A stretch of DNA of 64,000 bases from Laetmonice hystrix (lineage: Eukaryota), in NCBI GenBank assembly GCA_965235115.1, contig OZ249447.1, positions 6,138,001 to 6,202,000 of the forward strand, given 5' to 3'. The notes beneath the pieces were generated by a model that worked only from the letters and a program-made list of their open reading frames with translations, had not been told where the DNA came from and made no database searches. A program made the translations under genes and the position numbers. The first letter of the stretch is position 1, and every line of letters starts with the position of its first letter. Positions 1 through 13,768 of this stretch are shown piece after piece.

Positions 1-737
1 AGCATTTCTGCATAGACCGACCTGTGGCTTGCGTGGGCTGCATCAGTTTTCAGACAGACAGCTGACTGAGTATGAATAATGGACAATGTGGTTACACTCA
101 TGTTAGCTGTGACAAGCGGCCGTCATCGTCGTCTGTTTCTACACCAAACCACCGCTCCTGATAGAATTAGCATCCTTGCCAAGCAAGCATATGTTTCTTT
201 TATGCCCTTTTAACTTGCAGAGCTGATAATGAATCTTTAAGTGAGCAAATAGGCATATGAAATTAGGCTTAGCTTTATAGCCTGCTCATCATCAGTTCTC
301 GAGATATTTAGATGCGACGTTATTAAATTAGATAAATCTAATTGGGCCTTATTAATGCAAATACATTTGTGGTGAGTGAACTTGCTGTCATAACGAGTTG
401 CCGTACTCGATGTCGACAGTTATAAGTTCTGTAGTTGTGTATATGGTAACACTGAGTGAGGCCATGTGCTCGTATTGAATATGCCACCAGTAGACATGTA
501 TACACATCGTATTGTTACAAGGGAAAGTTGGTTTACACTCGACTCACGAAACGGAGTTTATGACGAGGTGTATTGTATGCTTGTTTAGCAATTCTCCTTG
601 TTCAGCCAATTCCTCAGCACGAAATTCTTATTTCTCTACCAGGACCAAGGAAAATTACATATAATACATATAGCAAGACGGGGCAGTGTGTCCAAAAAGT
701 TATTTTTATCGGTTTGATTTCATTTAGATTTTATAAG

Positions 738-998
738 ATTGGTAGCTACAGTACATTGTAATAATCAGATTGTTGGTTGAATTGGTAACTACAGTACATT
801 GTGATAATCAGATTGTTGGTTGAATTGGTAACTACAGTACATTGTGATAATCAGATTGTTGGTTGAATTGGTAACTACAGTACATTGTGATAATCAGATT
901 GTTGGTTGAATTGGTAACTACAGTACATTGTGATAATCAGATTGTTGGTTGAATTGGTAACTACAGTACATTGTGATAATCAGATTGTTGGTGGAATT
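738..998. repeat. Minisatellite, 43-bp unit x ~6
   Basis: Unit attggtaactacagtacattgtgataatcagattgttggttga repeats head-to-tail from 738. Confidence 0.95.
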
Positions 999-1719
999 GC
1001 CAGCCCAAACACGAGTACGGCCCGACCTGTGGTCCACGTTGTCTGGACCATTCCAGCTCTGCCTCCCTGGGCGTCGACCCCAAACATCCCACTTTAATTA
1101 TGTGCTTTTACCATGCTCCAAAGGGCCACCGCCGTCTGTCTGGTCATGAAAATAGCTCAGGAAATTCAATTGTGGCTGGGTTGAGGTGTTTTCCTGCGGC
1201 CCTTCAACACTTAACAGGCAACATGTCGCTGGGGTCGATAAAGGGGCAGTCAGTCGGGCCAGTGCCACGTTGCTGTTTCAAGTAATAGATTTAGTTGTTT
1301 CGTTTTGTGCTAGTTGCAATTTTGTTCACTGCTTCTTGTAGTGAAAATCGGTAATGCTTTAATTCAGTTTCTGAATGGTCAGTACCGACTTGTTTGTAGT
1401 TATATTCTTTAGTTGGGATTTCTGAAAAGATATACATTTGAGCTTTCAATAATGGTGGAAGTGCTTAAATTTATAGCACTATTCAATAAAATGTGTTATG
1501 AAGAATTGTTTTAGGTCAATTCTGTGTGAGGCACAAGTCCTATAATGCCAACTACGGGTGTTCTTTATATAACAATAGAACATACCCTCGTTATTCTTGC
1601 TGATGAAAGGAGGGAAGGTTGATATGTCATTGGATAGTGAATGATGGACAGATTGGCCGTCGTCCAGAATACCATCTCATGGAACCATTGCTGGCCTTCG
1701 AGAATACTCACTGATCCAA

Positions 1720-3956
1720 CTCGGCGTGAGACACGCACCCTGTCCGTCTGACCAGCTGACTACAGTCCACCCGCTCACATCATGGGTCCGAATCCTTGTA
1801 CTCGCAGTGAGACACGCACCCTGTCCGCCGGGCCAACTGACTACAGTCCACCCGCTCACATCATGGGTCCGAATCCTTGTACTCGCAGTGAGACACGCAC
1901 CCTGTCCGCCGGGCCAGCTGACTACAGTGCTCACATCATGGGTCCGAATCCTTGTACTGGCAGTGAGACACGCACCCTGTCCGCCGGGCCAGCTGACTAC
2001 AGTGCTCACATCATGGGTCCGAATCCTTGTACTCGCAGTGAGACACGCACCCTGTCCGCCGGGCCAGCTGACTACAGTCCACCCGCTCACATCATGGGTC
2101 CGAATCCTTGTACTCGCAGTGAGACACGCACCCTGTCCGCCGGGCCAGCTGACTACAGTCCACCCGCTCACATCATGGGTCCGAATCCTTGTACTCGCAG
2201 TGAGACACGCACCCTGTCCGCTGGACCAGCTGACTACAGTCCACCCGCTCACATCATGGGTCCGAATCCTTGTACTCGCAGTGAGACACGCACCCTGTCC
2301 GCCGGGCCAGCTGACTACAGTCCACCCGCTGACATCATGGGTCCGAATCCTTGTACTCGGCGTGAGACACGCACCCTGTCCGCCGGGCCAGCTGACTACA
2401 GTGCTCACATCATGGGTCCGAATCCTTGTACTTCCAGTGAGACACGTACCCTGTCCGCCGGACCAGCTGACTAGAGTGCTCACATCATGGGTCCGAATCC
2501 TTGTACTCGCCCTGAGACACGCACCCTGTCCGCCGGGCCAGCTGACTACAGTCCACCCGCTGACATCATGGGTCCGAATCCTTGTACTCGGCGTGAGACA
2601 CGCACCCTGTCCGCCGGGCCAGCTGACTACAGTCCACCCGCTCACATCATGGGTCCGAATCCTTGTACTCGGCGTGAGACACGCACCCTGTCCGCCGGGC
2701 CAGCTGACTACAGTCCACCCGCTCACATCATGGGTCCGAATCCTTGTACTCGCAGTGAGACACGCACCCTGTCCGCCGGGCCAGCTGACTACAGTCCACC
2801 CGCTCACATCATGGGTCCGAATCCTTGTACTCGCAGTGAGACACGCACCCTGTCCGCCGGGCCAGCTGACTACAGTCCACCCGCTCACATCATGGGTCCG
2901 AATCCTTGTACTCGCAGTGAGACACGCACCCTGTCCGCCGGACCAGCTGACTACAGTCCACCCGCTCACATCATGGGTCCGAATCCTTGTACTCGCAGTG
3001 AGACACGCACCCTGTCCGCTGGGCCAGCTGACTACAGTCCACTCGCTCACATCATGGGTCCGAATCCTTGTACTCGCAGTGAGACACGCACCCTGTCCGC
3101 TGGGCCAGCTGACTACAGTCCACCCGCTCACATCATGGGTCCGAATCCTTGTACTCGCCCTGAGACACGCACCCTGTCCGCCGGGCCAGCTGACTACAGT
3201 CCACCCGCTCACATCATGGGTCCGAATCCTTGTACTCGCCCTGAGACACGCACCCTGTCCGCCGGACCAGCTGACTACAGTCCACCCGCTCACATCATGG
3301 GTCCGAATCCTTGTACTCGCCCTGAGACACGCACCCTGTCCGCTGGGCCAGCTGACTACAGTCCACTCGCTCACATCATGGGTCCGAATCCTTGTACTCG
3401 CCCTGAGACACGCACCCTGTCCGCCGGACCAGCTGACTACAGTCCACCCGCTCACATCATGGGTCCGAATCCTTGTACTCGCAGTGAGACACGCACCCTG
3501 TCCGCCGGACCAGCTGACTACAGTCCACCCGCTCACATCATGGGTCCGAATCCTTGTACTCGCAGTGAGACACGCACCCTGTCCGCCGGACCAGCTGACT
3601 ACAGTCCACCCGCTCACATCATGGGTCCGAATCCTTGTACTCGCAGTGAGACACGCACCCTGTCCGCTGGACCAGCTGACTACAGTCCACCCGCTCACAT
3701 CATGGGTCCGAATCCTTGTACTCGCAGTGAGACACGCACCCTGTCCGCCGGACCAGCTGACTACAGTCCACCCGCTCACATCATGGGTCCGAATCCTTGT
3801 ACTCGCAGTGAGACACGCACCCTGTCCGCTGGACCAGCTGACTACAGTCCACCCGCTCACATCATGGGTCCGAATCCTTGTACTCGCCCTGAGACACGCA
3901 CCCTGTCCGCTGGACCAGCTGACTACAGTCAACCCGCTCACATCATGGGTCCGAAT
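1720..3956. repeat. Tandem array, 81-bp unit (with 75-bp deletion variant) x ~28
   Basis: Unit gtgagacacgcaccctgtccgccgggccagctgactacagtccacccgctcacatcatgggtccgaatccttgtactcgca. About four units lack 6 bp. The 27-aa periodicity in the ORF track confirms the period. Confidence 0.97.
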
Positions 3957-4806
3957 TTTTTTATGAGAAGATACTTGAACGATGACCTTGACCCGAATGT
4001 CCACATCAGTTAATGTCGTCAGGAAACAACAAACAATAGCTGCCATGACACCACCAATCAGGGCCGCATGTAGCCAAACCCGCCACGGGCGCATTGAGCT
4101 TGGTAGAGGCACTTGTCTTTAGAAGAGAATCTCTATCACCTTTAACCCGGCCGCCCGTCTCGGCTAGGTACACCCGGAGGGGGTCAGAAGTGAGAGAGGC
4201 AAGAGATGCTGACGCCAAAGGAACCCGGCCAAGTACTCGGTGTTAATAAAGATCGCCATACCGCCTCTTACATCACCTAATTCTTCTGCTTGATGCCAGT
4301 ACCAAGTCCTTACTTGGATCATGTTTCAGTGCAGTCATCTCATATCTAGACAGTTTGAGGGAGGAATCACCCAAGGCATCGGTCCAACCATCAAATTTAC
4401 TACCTAGAATTGATAGCATCCAGGCACTAAATTACCAACCAACTTGGATGACCTTCAAAGAGCGTCTATTTGGAGGACGTAAAACTGTCTGTATGTTGTG
4501 TTTTTCAGTTCGTTTTTGAGAATGTCATACAGATTCAGGTTTTTCATGTCAGTTATCATATTCTGCTCGATGACATTATCGTAAGCCAAGAGTTTAGTGT
4601 ATGTCCAGTTCATTGAGGAAACACTCAGAGTTGGCATAAAGTAATAGTATTTACATGGTCGCTACCCTCCGTAACCCTCTCTCTCCCTCTCTCCCCCGTC
4701 TCTCTCCCTTGAATCACACGTGTGTTAATGCCGCAGAAGTGAGCATGTATATATGAGATCACATGTCCAAATACCACGAGTCCTAGGGCAGCTCCAGGGA
4801 CGTCAC

Positions 4807-5114
4807 GTTATTGACGGCTTTACATTTACATCTTGGCGCAGTTATTGACGGCTTTACATTTACATCTTGGCGCAGTTATTGACGGCTTTACATTTACATC
4901 TTGGCGCAGTTATTGACGGCTTTACATTTACATCTCGGCGCAGTTATTGACGGCTTTACATTTACATCTCGGCGCAGTTATTGACGGCTTTACATTTACA
5001 TCTCGGCGCAGTTATTGACGGCTTTACATTTACATCTTGGCGCAGTTATTGACAGCTTTACATTTACATCTTGGCGCAGTTATTGACGACTTTACATTTA
5101 CATCTTGGCGCAGT
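4807..5114. repeat. Minisatellite, 34-bp unit x ~9
   Basis: Unit gttattgacggctttacatttacatcttggcgca. Confidence 0.95.
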
Positions 5115-7446
5115 TTGAGAACCACATGCCGCTGCACTGACAACGGTATGTCCCATTGGAGGGAAGTATGGCACCGGTGGCATACGTGACGAATTATTGG
5201 TTGTAAGTATCAGACTAAAAAATAGGAGGGGGCGATGTATGCAGAGCGCATTCCTGTGACGAGTGTGATTGATAGAGCAGACGTCGAAAGGTAGAGAAAC
5301 GCTGTCTCACATCAAAGGTGAGATTATTGGCTCAAGTCGAGCTGCTACCTGGGCCACGTGCCCAGAGCCTGTCAGAGTTCTCCAGACTTTCCTCTACTTC
5401 TACACGTATGATGTAACTGTGGAGGTCATGCACGGAGGTGGCGGGCCAGTCACAGGCAGGCTGCATGTTTACAGGCCTGAGAAGGGGAGGCTGATTATAA
5501 GGCTTTCCATCAAACATACCCTTGGCACATTGCATGGACCGTGTCTGGGGTGAAGCTTAGATCTTTCTTAATGAGACTTCTTCTGCTACCCTAACTTAAT
5601 GGATCGTTCGAGGCAAGATATCTTAAAAAAAGATGGCCTTTTAATGGAAGATGGATCAGTGTGCGACGTCATAATATTGGTGAATATTATGTCACAGAGC
5701 CACCTGTTTTTTGTCTTCAATTTGATTGGATATGCAGAGATTGTGTATCTAAGGTTAGACCGGCAAGATTTCTAGAGTTTTCAAGAACTAACGTACTCAG
5801 ACTTTAATGAGCACAGTGTACTTATCGAGCCGCTCCTGACTACAGAATTAAGGTTTTGCTCCGAGTTGAAGTACCTTGAGAATAGGCTTTGATTGATAAA
5901 ACTGTTTTTGACCAATATTGGCTTGGATGTACTTGTACTTTATTACTCACGACAGAAAATATGTGCCAATCACAGTTTGCTAACCAGCTGAACTTTACAC
6001 GGCTCCTGGCAATTAGGTAATAAATAGTCTTACGTTTTAAACATACATACACGATTAGGAGCACACGTCTCAGAAAGTGGAAATAGCACACCCCAGGAGC
6101 CATGCACAGATGGCCTATCCTGGTTTTCGTTTGTTACTGACTGGAGGTAAGTTACCCAACTCCAATTACTATCTTCTTGACGTGACCACGGTCTCTGGAC
6201 CATTCTAGGAGCGTCCAGACCAATTATGGAGCAGGGGGAGCATTGTTCAATCCCAGCCGTCCATCTGCTAGAGTATACTGGAATGTTGGCCTAAGTGGAC
6301 TGCTTCTCGCAGTAATCCCGCCTGCCATCCCACTACCGTAAAAACGGCCTTTCCTCAGCAGAAGCTATTTTGTCATTGTCTAGTCCAGCATATGGACTCC
6401 TTTGGTACAACATATAAAACAGTCCTTGCCAGTCCTAAGGGTTTATATCTCATGAGATGATTAATGGACGTGGCAGCTGAGACAGAGACTGTCTATTCCG
6501 ATAACTAAAAATGTAATTGAAACTGAAATGGAAAAATATGACATGATGATTGTGGTCCCAAATCGTCATAGAGAGCTTACAATTGATGTGTACTGAGAGT
6601 CATGACATAGACGAACAAGTCAGTAAACCAAGAGATTGTATCCAAATTTATTTTCAACATGACAGTGTAAGATATTGATCAACGCCATGTAAAAGATCAA
6701 AGAGCGGTCAGAATGTATAGTGTACATAGATTTTGTGGAATAGAAATCACTTTTGCCAGATTTTTAAAAGCCCTGATGGCGTTTTTAAATAATTGTGCTA
6801 TAATGAGCTGAGGCGTAAAGTAATCAAGGTCCCTATGATCATTTGTTGTATGGTAAAACTGTGCTCTTTAATTGATAGACGCAAGGCCGAGGAACCGTTA
6901 CCAGTAGCAATTAGAGCAAGAACAGGCAATGGTATCCATGGATACTAAGAAATCGCTCTAACAACAGAAAAGCATGGCTTTAATCATTGATTAATCAGTT
7001 AGCGATAAGACTGTAGCACTTTATTCAGGCCCATTAATGCATGACTGGACAAGGTAAATGTCCTACAGTCAAAGCCGTACGTGTAATCAACCTATAAACA
7101 ATGCTTTTAATGATTGAGTGCGACGCAATGCAAGCTGACAGCTCTGATATTGAAGTATCATAAATAATGTGGTATCAAATTCTCCGCTTCATTCTTTTTC
7201 AAACTTATGGAATGCAAGTTCTGGTATGGAGATCCTTGAGGGAATCACAAGAAGTAAAACGGGGTTTGCCAAAGTGGTTGAATTTTAATCAAGATAATGA
7301 TATATCTCATCGGCCATATATATGCACGGCCCTGGTTTTTGAAATCAGAAGTAGTCTTTTTCTGTTTTATTAAAATCACTGCTGCCAGGGAAAGTTCAGG
7401 CTCATGACAATTACTTCATGCTATTCAGTAAGGTATATGAGTGCAG

Positions 7447-7632
7447 TCTGACTGTGAGGTAGATGTGAGCTAGTGACAGGCTGACTGTGAGGTAGATGTG
7501 AGCTAGTGACAGGCTGACTGTGAGGTAGATGTGAGCTAGTGACAGGCTGACTGTGAGGTAGATGTGAGCTAGTGACAGGCTGACTGTGAGGTAGATGTGA
7601 GCTAGTGACAGGCTGACTGTAAGGTAGATGTG
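7447..7632. repeat. Minisatellite, 33-bp unit x ~5.5
   Basis: Unit ctgactgtgaggtagatgtgagctagtgacagg. Confidence 0.95.
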
Positions 7633-8224
7633 GCCCACTAACACCTTCCCCACTCCCATCCAAACACCTGGCCCACTAACACCCCCACCGCTCCCATCCA
7701 AACACCTGGCCCACTAACACCTCCACCGCTCCCATCCAAACACCTGGCCCACTAACACCTCCACCGCTCCCATCCAAACACCTGGCCCACTAACACCTCC
7801 CCCACTCCCATCCAAACACCTGGCCCACTAACACCTCCACCGCTCCCATCCAAACACCTGGCCCACTAACACCTCCACCGCTCCCATCCAAACACCTGGC
7901 CCACTAACACCTCCCCCGCTCCCATCCAAACACCTGGCCCACTAACACCTCCACCGCTCCCATCCAAACACCTGGCCCACTAACACCTCCCCCGCTCCCA
8001 TCCAAACACCTGGCCCACTAACACCTCCCCCGCTCCCATCCAAACACCTGGCCCACTAACACCTCCACCGCTCCCATCCAAACACCTGGCCCACTAACAC
8101 CTTCACCGCTCCCATCCAAACACCTGGCCCACTAACACCTCCACCGCTCCCACCCAAACACCTGGCCCACTAACACCTCCACCGCTCCCATCCAAACACC
8201 TGGCCCACTAACACCTCCACCGCT
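7631..8224. repeat. C-rich minisatellite, 38-bp unit x ~15.5
   Basis: Unit ggcccactaacacctccaccgctcccatccaaacacct, directly abutting the 33-bp array. Confidence 0.95.
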
Positions 8225-11200
8225 ACCACTTGACAAGCTTGTCTGATTAATTACCGAATTAATTGAAATATTTGACTTATCGCACATGTGGAAGTGGATG
8301 AACCCGATCAGAGACCCTGTTTGGTTACACCGATCCGATCCATCACCGGAGCACTTGACACATAACACAGGATCTTAATGGATTGTCAATTTTAAAGTTG
8401 GTGCAGACTGATTTAATTTGATAACGATGACTACTGGGGGAGGAGGAGAAAGATAATAACGAGGTAGATAGCTCGTATCTGTTGAGTTTCAGGTTAGTTT
8501 TCGACAAATTGTAGAGTTAAGTCGCCATCGCCCGAATGTGCCCATGGTTTGAATTTATCCTGAAACTTCCAGAACAGACAGAACTTGGGATGTTAAGAGT
8601 ACAGCCAGATTAGCATTTCTCTGGATTCCACGATTAGATTTTTGAATAGCAGTGATTGATGATCGTGAGAGTGAAGTACATTCATTTTCCTTTTTTTCGT
8701 TTCGAAGTTACCTAGACAACAAAATTATACTTAAAAAAACGTATTTCCAAAGCAATTGAAATGTGTGTCGACATGTGCTCGTGTAAGTAGGTCTTTAAGC
8801 TTTCAATTTAATCCAATTGTTTTTGTTTTACATGACAAAAGGCTCTCTGTAATGGATGAATTATGTTGAATGTAGTCATCACCATGACAAAACATTGGGT
8901 CCCTTCATTGATTATGGAATTGGAGCAGAAACCTTGAAGCTAAAGGGATTATTTACTGAAGGCCACATCCAGTATATGGACTTTGAAACATAATTTTTTA
9001 ATTTTACCAGAATAGAATTTCAAAGCTGTGCCATTACTAGTGACATCCAAAAACGTGTTACCTTGCTGTTAAGGTATGTAATCTTCTGCACAACTCTGAG
9101 TCAAGGACAAGAGCCAATACCAGTGGTATGTACGTCCGTACGTGCTCGACACAATCTGTACAGAGTGAACAAATTCCTGTGACACTGTAGGGGTATTGTT
9201 CGGAATAGAAGAGTAATACATGGTCGTTGGTGTCACTGATAGCTCATTGTGCTGAGGTCGAGCCCTGGTCAGGGCGCTCATGAATGACCTGAAGCCTAGA
9301 AATATATTTATAAGAGCACGTCGCTGGGTAAATTGTTTAAGGACTCCAATTGGCCGATGATATGTGGCTTCAGTTCCTGCACAGGAGACTGACCGCGGCA
9401 TTTTTCATTAACAGCTCATTTCTCGTTTTCTGTATTAAGTATCAAAGTCCGTCGAACTGGAAAAATCGATTTAGGCCTACGTATTTACATTCACATTAAC
9501 CTAATGTATGAGATTTGCTGATCAGTTAGGCTTATTACCTGACAACATCACCACAATACAGTTAACGTTAACGTCAGAAACCACAACGTCCTGAATAGTG
9601 TAACAGAAAATTAAACGCCTGGCCTAAGCCTGACTACAAATTTATCATATAAGAAATAGCTGATCCTTTCATATTTCCACGTTTGCCATGTACGTTATTA
9701 CTAGAATTGTTAAGAAAGATCGGAAACAACTAGTCATCTACAGATATGTGCTTATTATGGCTCAGCTAATGATTTAATGGTTCTTTAGGTTCACCAATTA
9801 AACACCACCATTTGATGTGGGACACAAAGCCAACCAAATCTATGTGAATGAAATGTTAATAAACACCTTCGCAGGTTAGTAGCATAAATTAGTTTCAACA
9901 TATTCTTGTTTTCACAGTAGGATATAATTGGATTCGTCAGTGATGATCAACTTTGTTCCAACTGCTGGCTTTTTATGCCTGACATGTAGGCTACCACTGT
10001 AACGAAGTGCCACAAAATTTAGGTTCTGTATTGGAGAAAATCTAATAAGGGTAGTGGCGGGAGCAATGTCTTCTTTTGTACAAATAGCATCTAATTGACC
10101 CTTGCCGATTTGGTTGGCACAGATAGTTATTACACTGGCTGTGCAGCCGCTGAGACGAGCAAACACGAGCTTTTGTGTAACAGACACTGTGTCAAGTAAA
10201 CATGCATGCATGATTTAGCCTTTATTTACACACTAGGCCTACGTGGTTCTTTTTAGTTCTGCAGCGAAATCTGCACCATGGCATGGAAGATACTTAAAGT
10301 ATGGTTTGTTTTCTGAATCGCGAGCTTCAAACAGCGTGCGGGTGCAATTTTGTGAAGTTATAAACGCACCAACTCTGACCAATATAAACTTCATTTATTC
10401 CAAGCTACGCCAGGCGGCCATTGGAGAAATGACGAGACGGAAGTATGATCCCCCACTTCCGGCGGTGCGTTTGGCAGGCTGCAGCTCGCGTGTTCCAATG
10501 GGCCGATCATCTCCAAATAAAGCCCCGCGGATGGGCAGGCAATGCAAACAGCTGCAGGAACCATTTTAAATAGGACTCATTGGCCTTTACCCCAGCATTG
10601 CAGACAGACATAACTGCCAGTGGGGTTAAAAGGCTCTTAAAAACATAAAGGGACAGTTTGCACCGGTGTGTCAGGCCCGGAGAAGCGAGTTGACCAGTCG
10701 GCTGCGTATCGTGAATGGAGAGATTTTTTTCTGGTTGTCACACCACTGTGTAGCATGGACACTGTGGCTTGAAGAACAGCACCATCGATACAAGCTGACG
10801 GCCAACCTGGGAAATTCCATCCATCCTACATATTAGACGGCGGTGGCAGAGGTGGGGAGGGGGGGCAAGGGGGGGGGAGGTTGGTTGTGAGACATAAATT
10901 TCACCAGTAACATGTTTATGGTCAAAGCAATCTTGAAGGATGAAGAGAATTTAATATTCGCCAACCAACGCCTAAAACACACCCAGGATTTCCGTCGTAA
11001 CCTCCAAGAAAATATCTCAAGCAGTGAATAAAAAAATAAAACAGCCACATTTGGTTCATAAAATACTTACATATCAGTTCATCATCTCAACGGTGCACGA
11101 AACCCCTCCTGACTCTCACTTTCAAGGGAAGCAGTGATTGCCTACGAAATGGCTTTTTGATTTATTAAAAAACGCGAGAGAATTGTCTGCAACTGACGAT

Positions 11201-11225
11201 AGGGGGCGTGAGCAAGGAAGAGTTG

Positions 11226-11434
11226 CCCGAGTTAAAGGTGGCAGTGTATGATTGTAAGGACCGTCAGTATGCGTGTGTACCCGAGTTAAAGGTGGCAGTG
11301 TATGATTGTAAGGACCGTCAGTATGCGTGTGTACCCGAGTTAAAGGTGGCAGTGTATGATTGTAAGGACCGTCAGTACATACGTGTGTACCCGAGTTAAA
11401 GGTGGCAGTGTATGATTGTAAGGGCCGTCAGTAT
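11226..11434. repeat. Minisatellite, 54-bp unit x ~4
   Basis: Unit cccgagttaaaggtggcagtgtatgattgtaaggaccgtcagtatgcgtgtgta. Confidence 0.93.
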
Positions 11435-11551
11435 TCAGGCCATGACAAGCGTGGGCTGAGATTATTTACGGTTGGCTTGGCCAAGTTGTCAGATTAACAT
11501 GATTAGAGGGAGCACGGCAGCCATTGGTGATATACTCTGCTTATAAACTAT

Positions 11552-12049
11552 GGCTTCAGCATTGACCATGCAACTGAGCAACCTGGCTTCAGCATTGACC
11601 ATGCAATATGTCCAAGCAACTGAGCAACCTGGCTTCAGCATTGACCATGCAATATGTCCAAGCATCTGAGCAACCTGGCTTCAGCATTGACCATGCAATA
11701 TGTCCAAGCATCTGAGCAACCTGGCTTCAGCATTGACCATGCAATTATGTCCAAGCATCTGAGCAACCTGACTTCAGCATTGAGCATGCAATATGTCCAA
11801 GCAACTGAGCAACCTGGCTTCAGCATTGACCATGCAATATGTCCAAGCAACTGAGCAACCTGACTTCAGCATTGACCATGCAATATGTCCAAGCATCTGA
11901 GCAACCTGACTTCAGCATTGAGCATGCAATATGTCCAAGCAACTGAGCAAGCTGGCTTCAGCATTGACCATGCAATTATGTCCAAGCATCTGAGCAACCT
12001 GACTTCAGCATTGACCATGCAATATGTCCAAGCATCTGAGCAACCTGGC
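11552..12049. repeat. Minisatellite, 46-bp unit x ~11
   Basis: Unit ctggcttcagcattgaccatgcaatatgtccaagcatctgagcaac. The first unit is truncated. Confidence 0.95.
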
Positions 12050-13377
12050 TGGAGACAATAAAGTGGTAGGCTTGTTATCTTCTCGGTCCCATCAACCATG
12101 CCCTATATTCGTGATGTTTTAGGTGTACGGCCTTAAAAACAATGCTGATTAGTTACCTGAAGGATGGCACATTATTTTAAGCATTATTTTAATAATTAGG
12201 ACTGGATTTCAAGCTGAATATAGGGTCCCGATAGGTAATATTCCAGACCTCTTGCACGAGTAAGCTGGTGTGGATTTCTTTCTCCTAGATCCAGGCTGAA
12301 ACACCTTATTGAATTAGCTTCCTAGACTTTTGATCATATCTATCTTTGAACACTATTGATTAATAACTTTCATGGAGGTTCGTCATTAGAATGAGATGTT
12401 GTATTTTCTGTTGAGGTGTTAGAGAATGCTTGACTGCACACCTATCAGTGTAAAACACATGGATACTTGTACACCTTCCTGTCAGTGACACCTCCCTTCT
12501 GCTCGATATATTATTTTTCATCTATTAGGGCACATACTGAGAACTTTTAAAACAATTTACTGGCAATACCGAAGGGAGAAAACATTAAAAATTGTTTGGA
12601 GAAATGTTTCTTATGGATCTGAGTCTGTTTAAGTGGAAGTTGACTTATTTGGGTGTCAGAAACCTTCAGGCATTGAGAAATTTCCAATGTGCTGAGAATA
12701 AATCTGTAGTCTTGCATTTAGGTTATGCAGTCGCCTTCTTTGAGAAATACAAAAGTTAACAGAAGAGAAATAGGGTGACTTTAAGAGACTACATTCAGTG
12801 TGAAGTCGACATTGTTCTATTATACTTCAGACGTTCAGACGTCCAATGTATAAATGGCGAGAGAGAACAAAGTACGGATACAATTGAGAGAAATAAGGCA
12901 CACAATATATAATATGTTAAACTGCAGTAAACGCAATGAGCATTTGTCCCTTAAATGTTTCTCTTGTTTTGAAAGCATCTTTGGAAAACATCTCAGAATA
13001 TTTGTATGCAGAGCGGCTTTAGATTTCTATCTGGGATGTAACAACTTAGATACAACACAGGAAGATGTCTCAAGGCCTTAAGTAATACGGATAATTGATT
13101 TCGAAAGTGAAAAGAAAGCATATTCAGGCTGAACAAGCATGGATTAGACCGCGTTTTGTTCAGTCAGTTATGAATTCAGCCTGTTTAATTTTTTAAATAT
13201 AAAGGACGAGGCGTGTAGCCAGCTGACAACTGTGACTACTTGAATGACAGATTGCAGCTCCCTCTATGGGCGAGCTGGTGTACCATGGTCAGCAGGAGAC
13301 GCAACTTCTCAGTTTGTCTTAGTGTGCGCAGTTTGGATTCGGCACGGGCGCACTGCGAACGTAGGGAAGTACTCTCA

Positions 13378-13768
13378 TCATGTGCTGAATGCATCTTTCC
13401 CTCGCTTGTAGTCGGTATGAAAATTGTACCCATGCACCTGCCATTGGAGGGGACCAAGCACGGATTTCATGATGAAATCATTGGCCCAAGACACACGCTC
13501 CCTTAATCTCCCAGACTTGTGCCAGGTGGCATTCGGTAAAATAGTATGTCATGGCTGGTTAAATGTAATAATGTCAATCAGAGTTTCTGTCTGGGTTAAA
13601 TGGCTTCAACTTATCGAGGGTGTCATCCCCCCCATATTCCCAAGGTTTCCATATAGTTTCTCCAACAGTTTTTTAATTTCTTGGGCTGGCATTCCAGAAT
13701 TTCCCTTCTATAAAAACGTATGTCCTGTCAGATTCCATAAGCCGAACATGATTGATACTAGAGGGGCA
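13378..13768 (-). mobile_element. Possible decayed SGNH-esterase-like ORF1 fragment of a CR1/L2-type LINE
   Basis: Stop-interrupted minus-strand frame reads ...ETLIDIITFNQP*HTILPNATWHKSGRLRERVSWANDFIMKSVL...HGYNFHTDYKRGKDAF. It loosely resembles the SILPR...N...DGxH block of LINE esterases (by-eye match only). Confidence 0.25.

Noticed and set aside
1726-4013. Long + strand ORFs (746, 230 and 508 aa)
   Set aside because: They are translations of the 81-bp tandem unit, sense to and inside a Shal intron, with no domain similarity.
6125-6152. Possible recursive splice site (…tactgactggag|gtaagt)
   Set aside because: The donor is strong, but the preceding AG is GAG with the pyrimidine tract upstream of the branch-like motif (wrong order). 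No open upstream exon was found.
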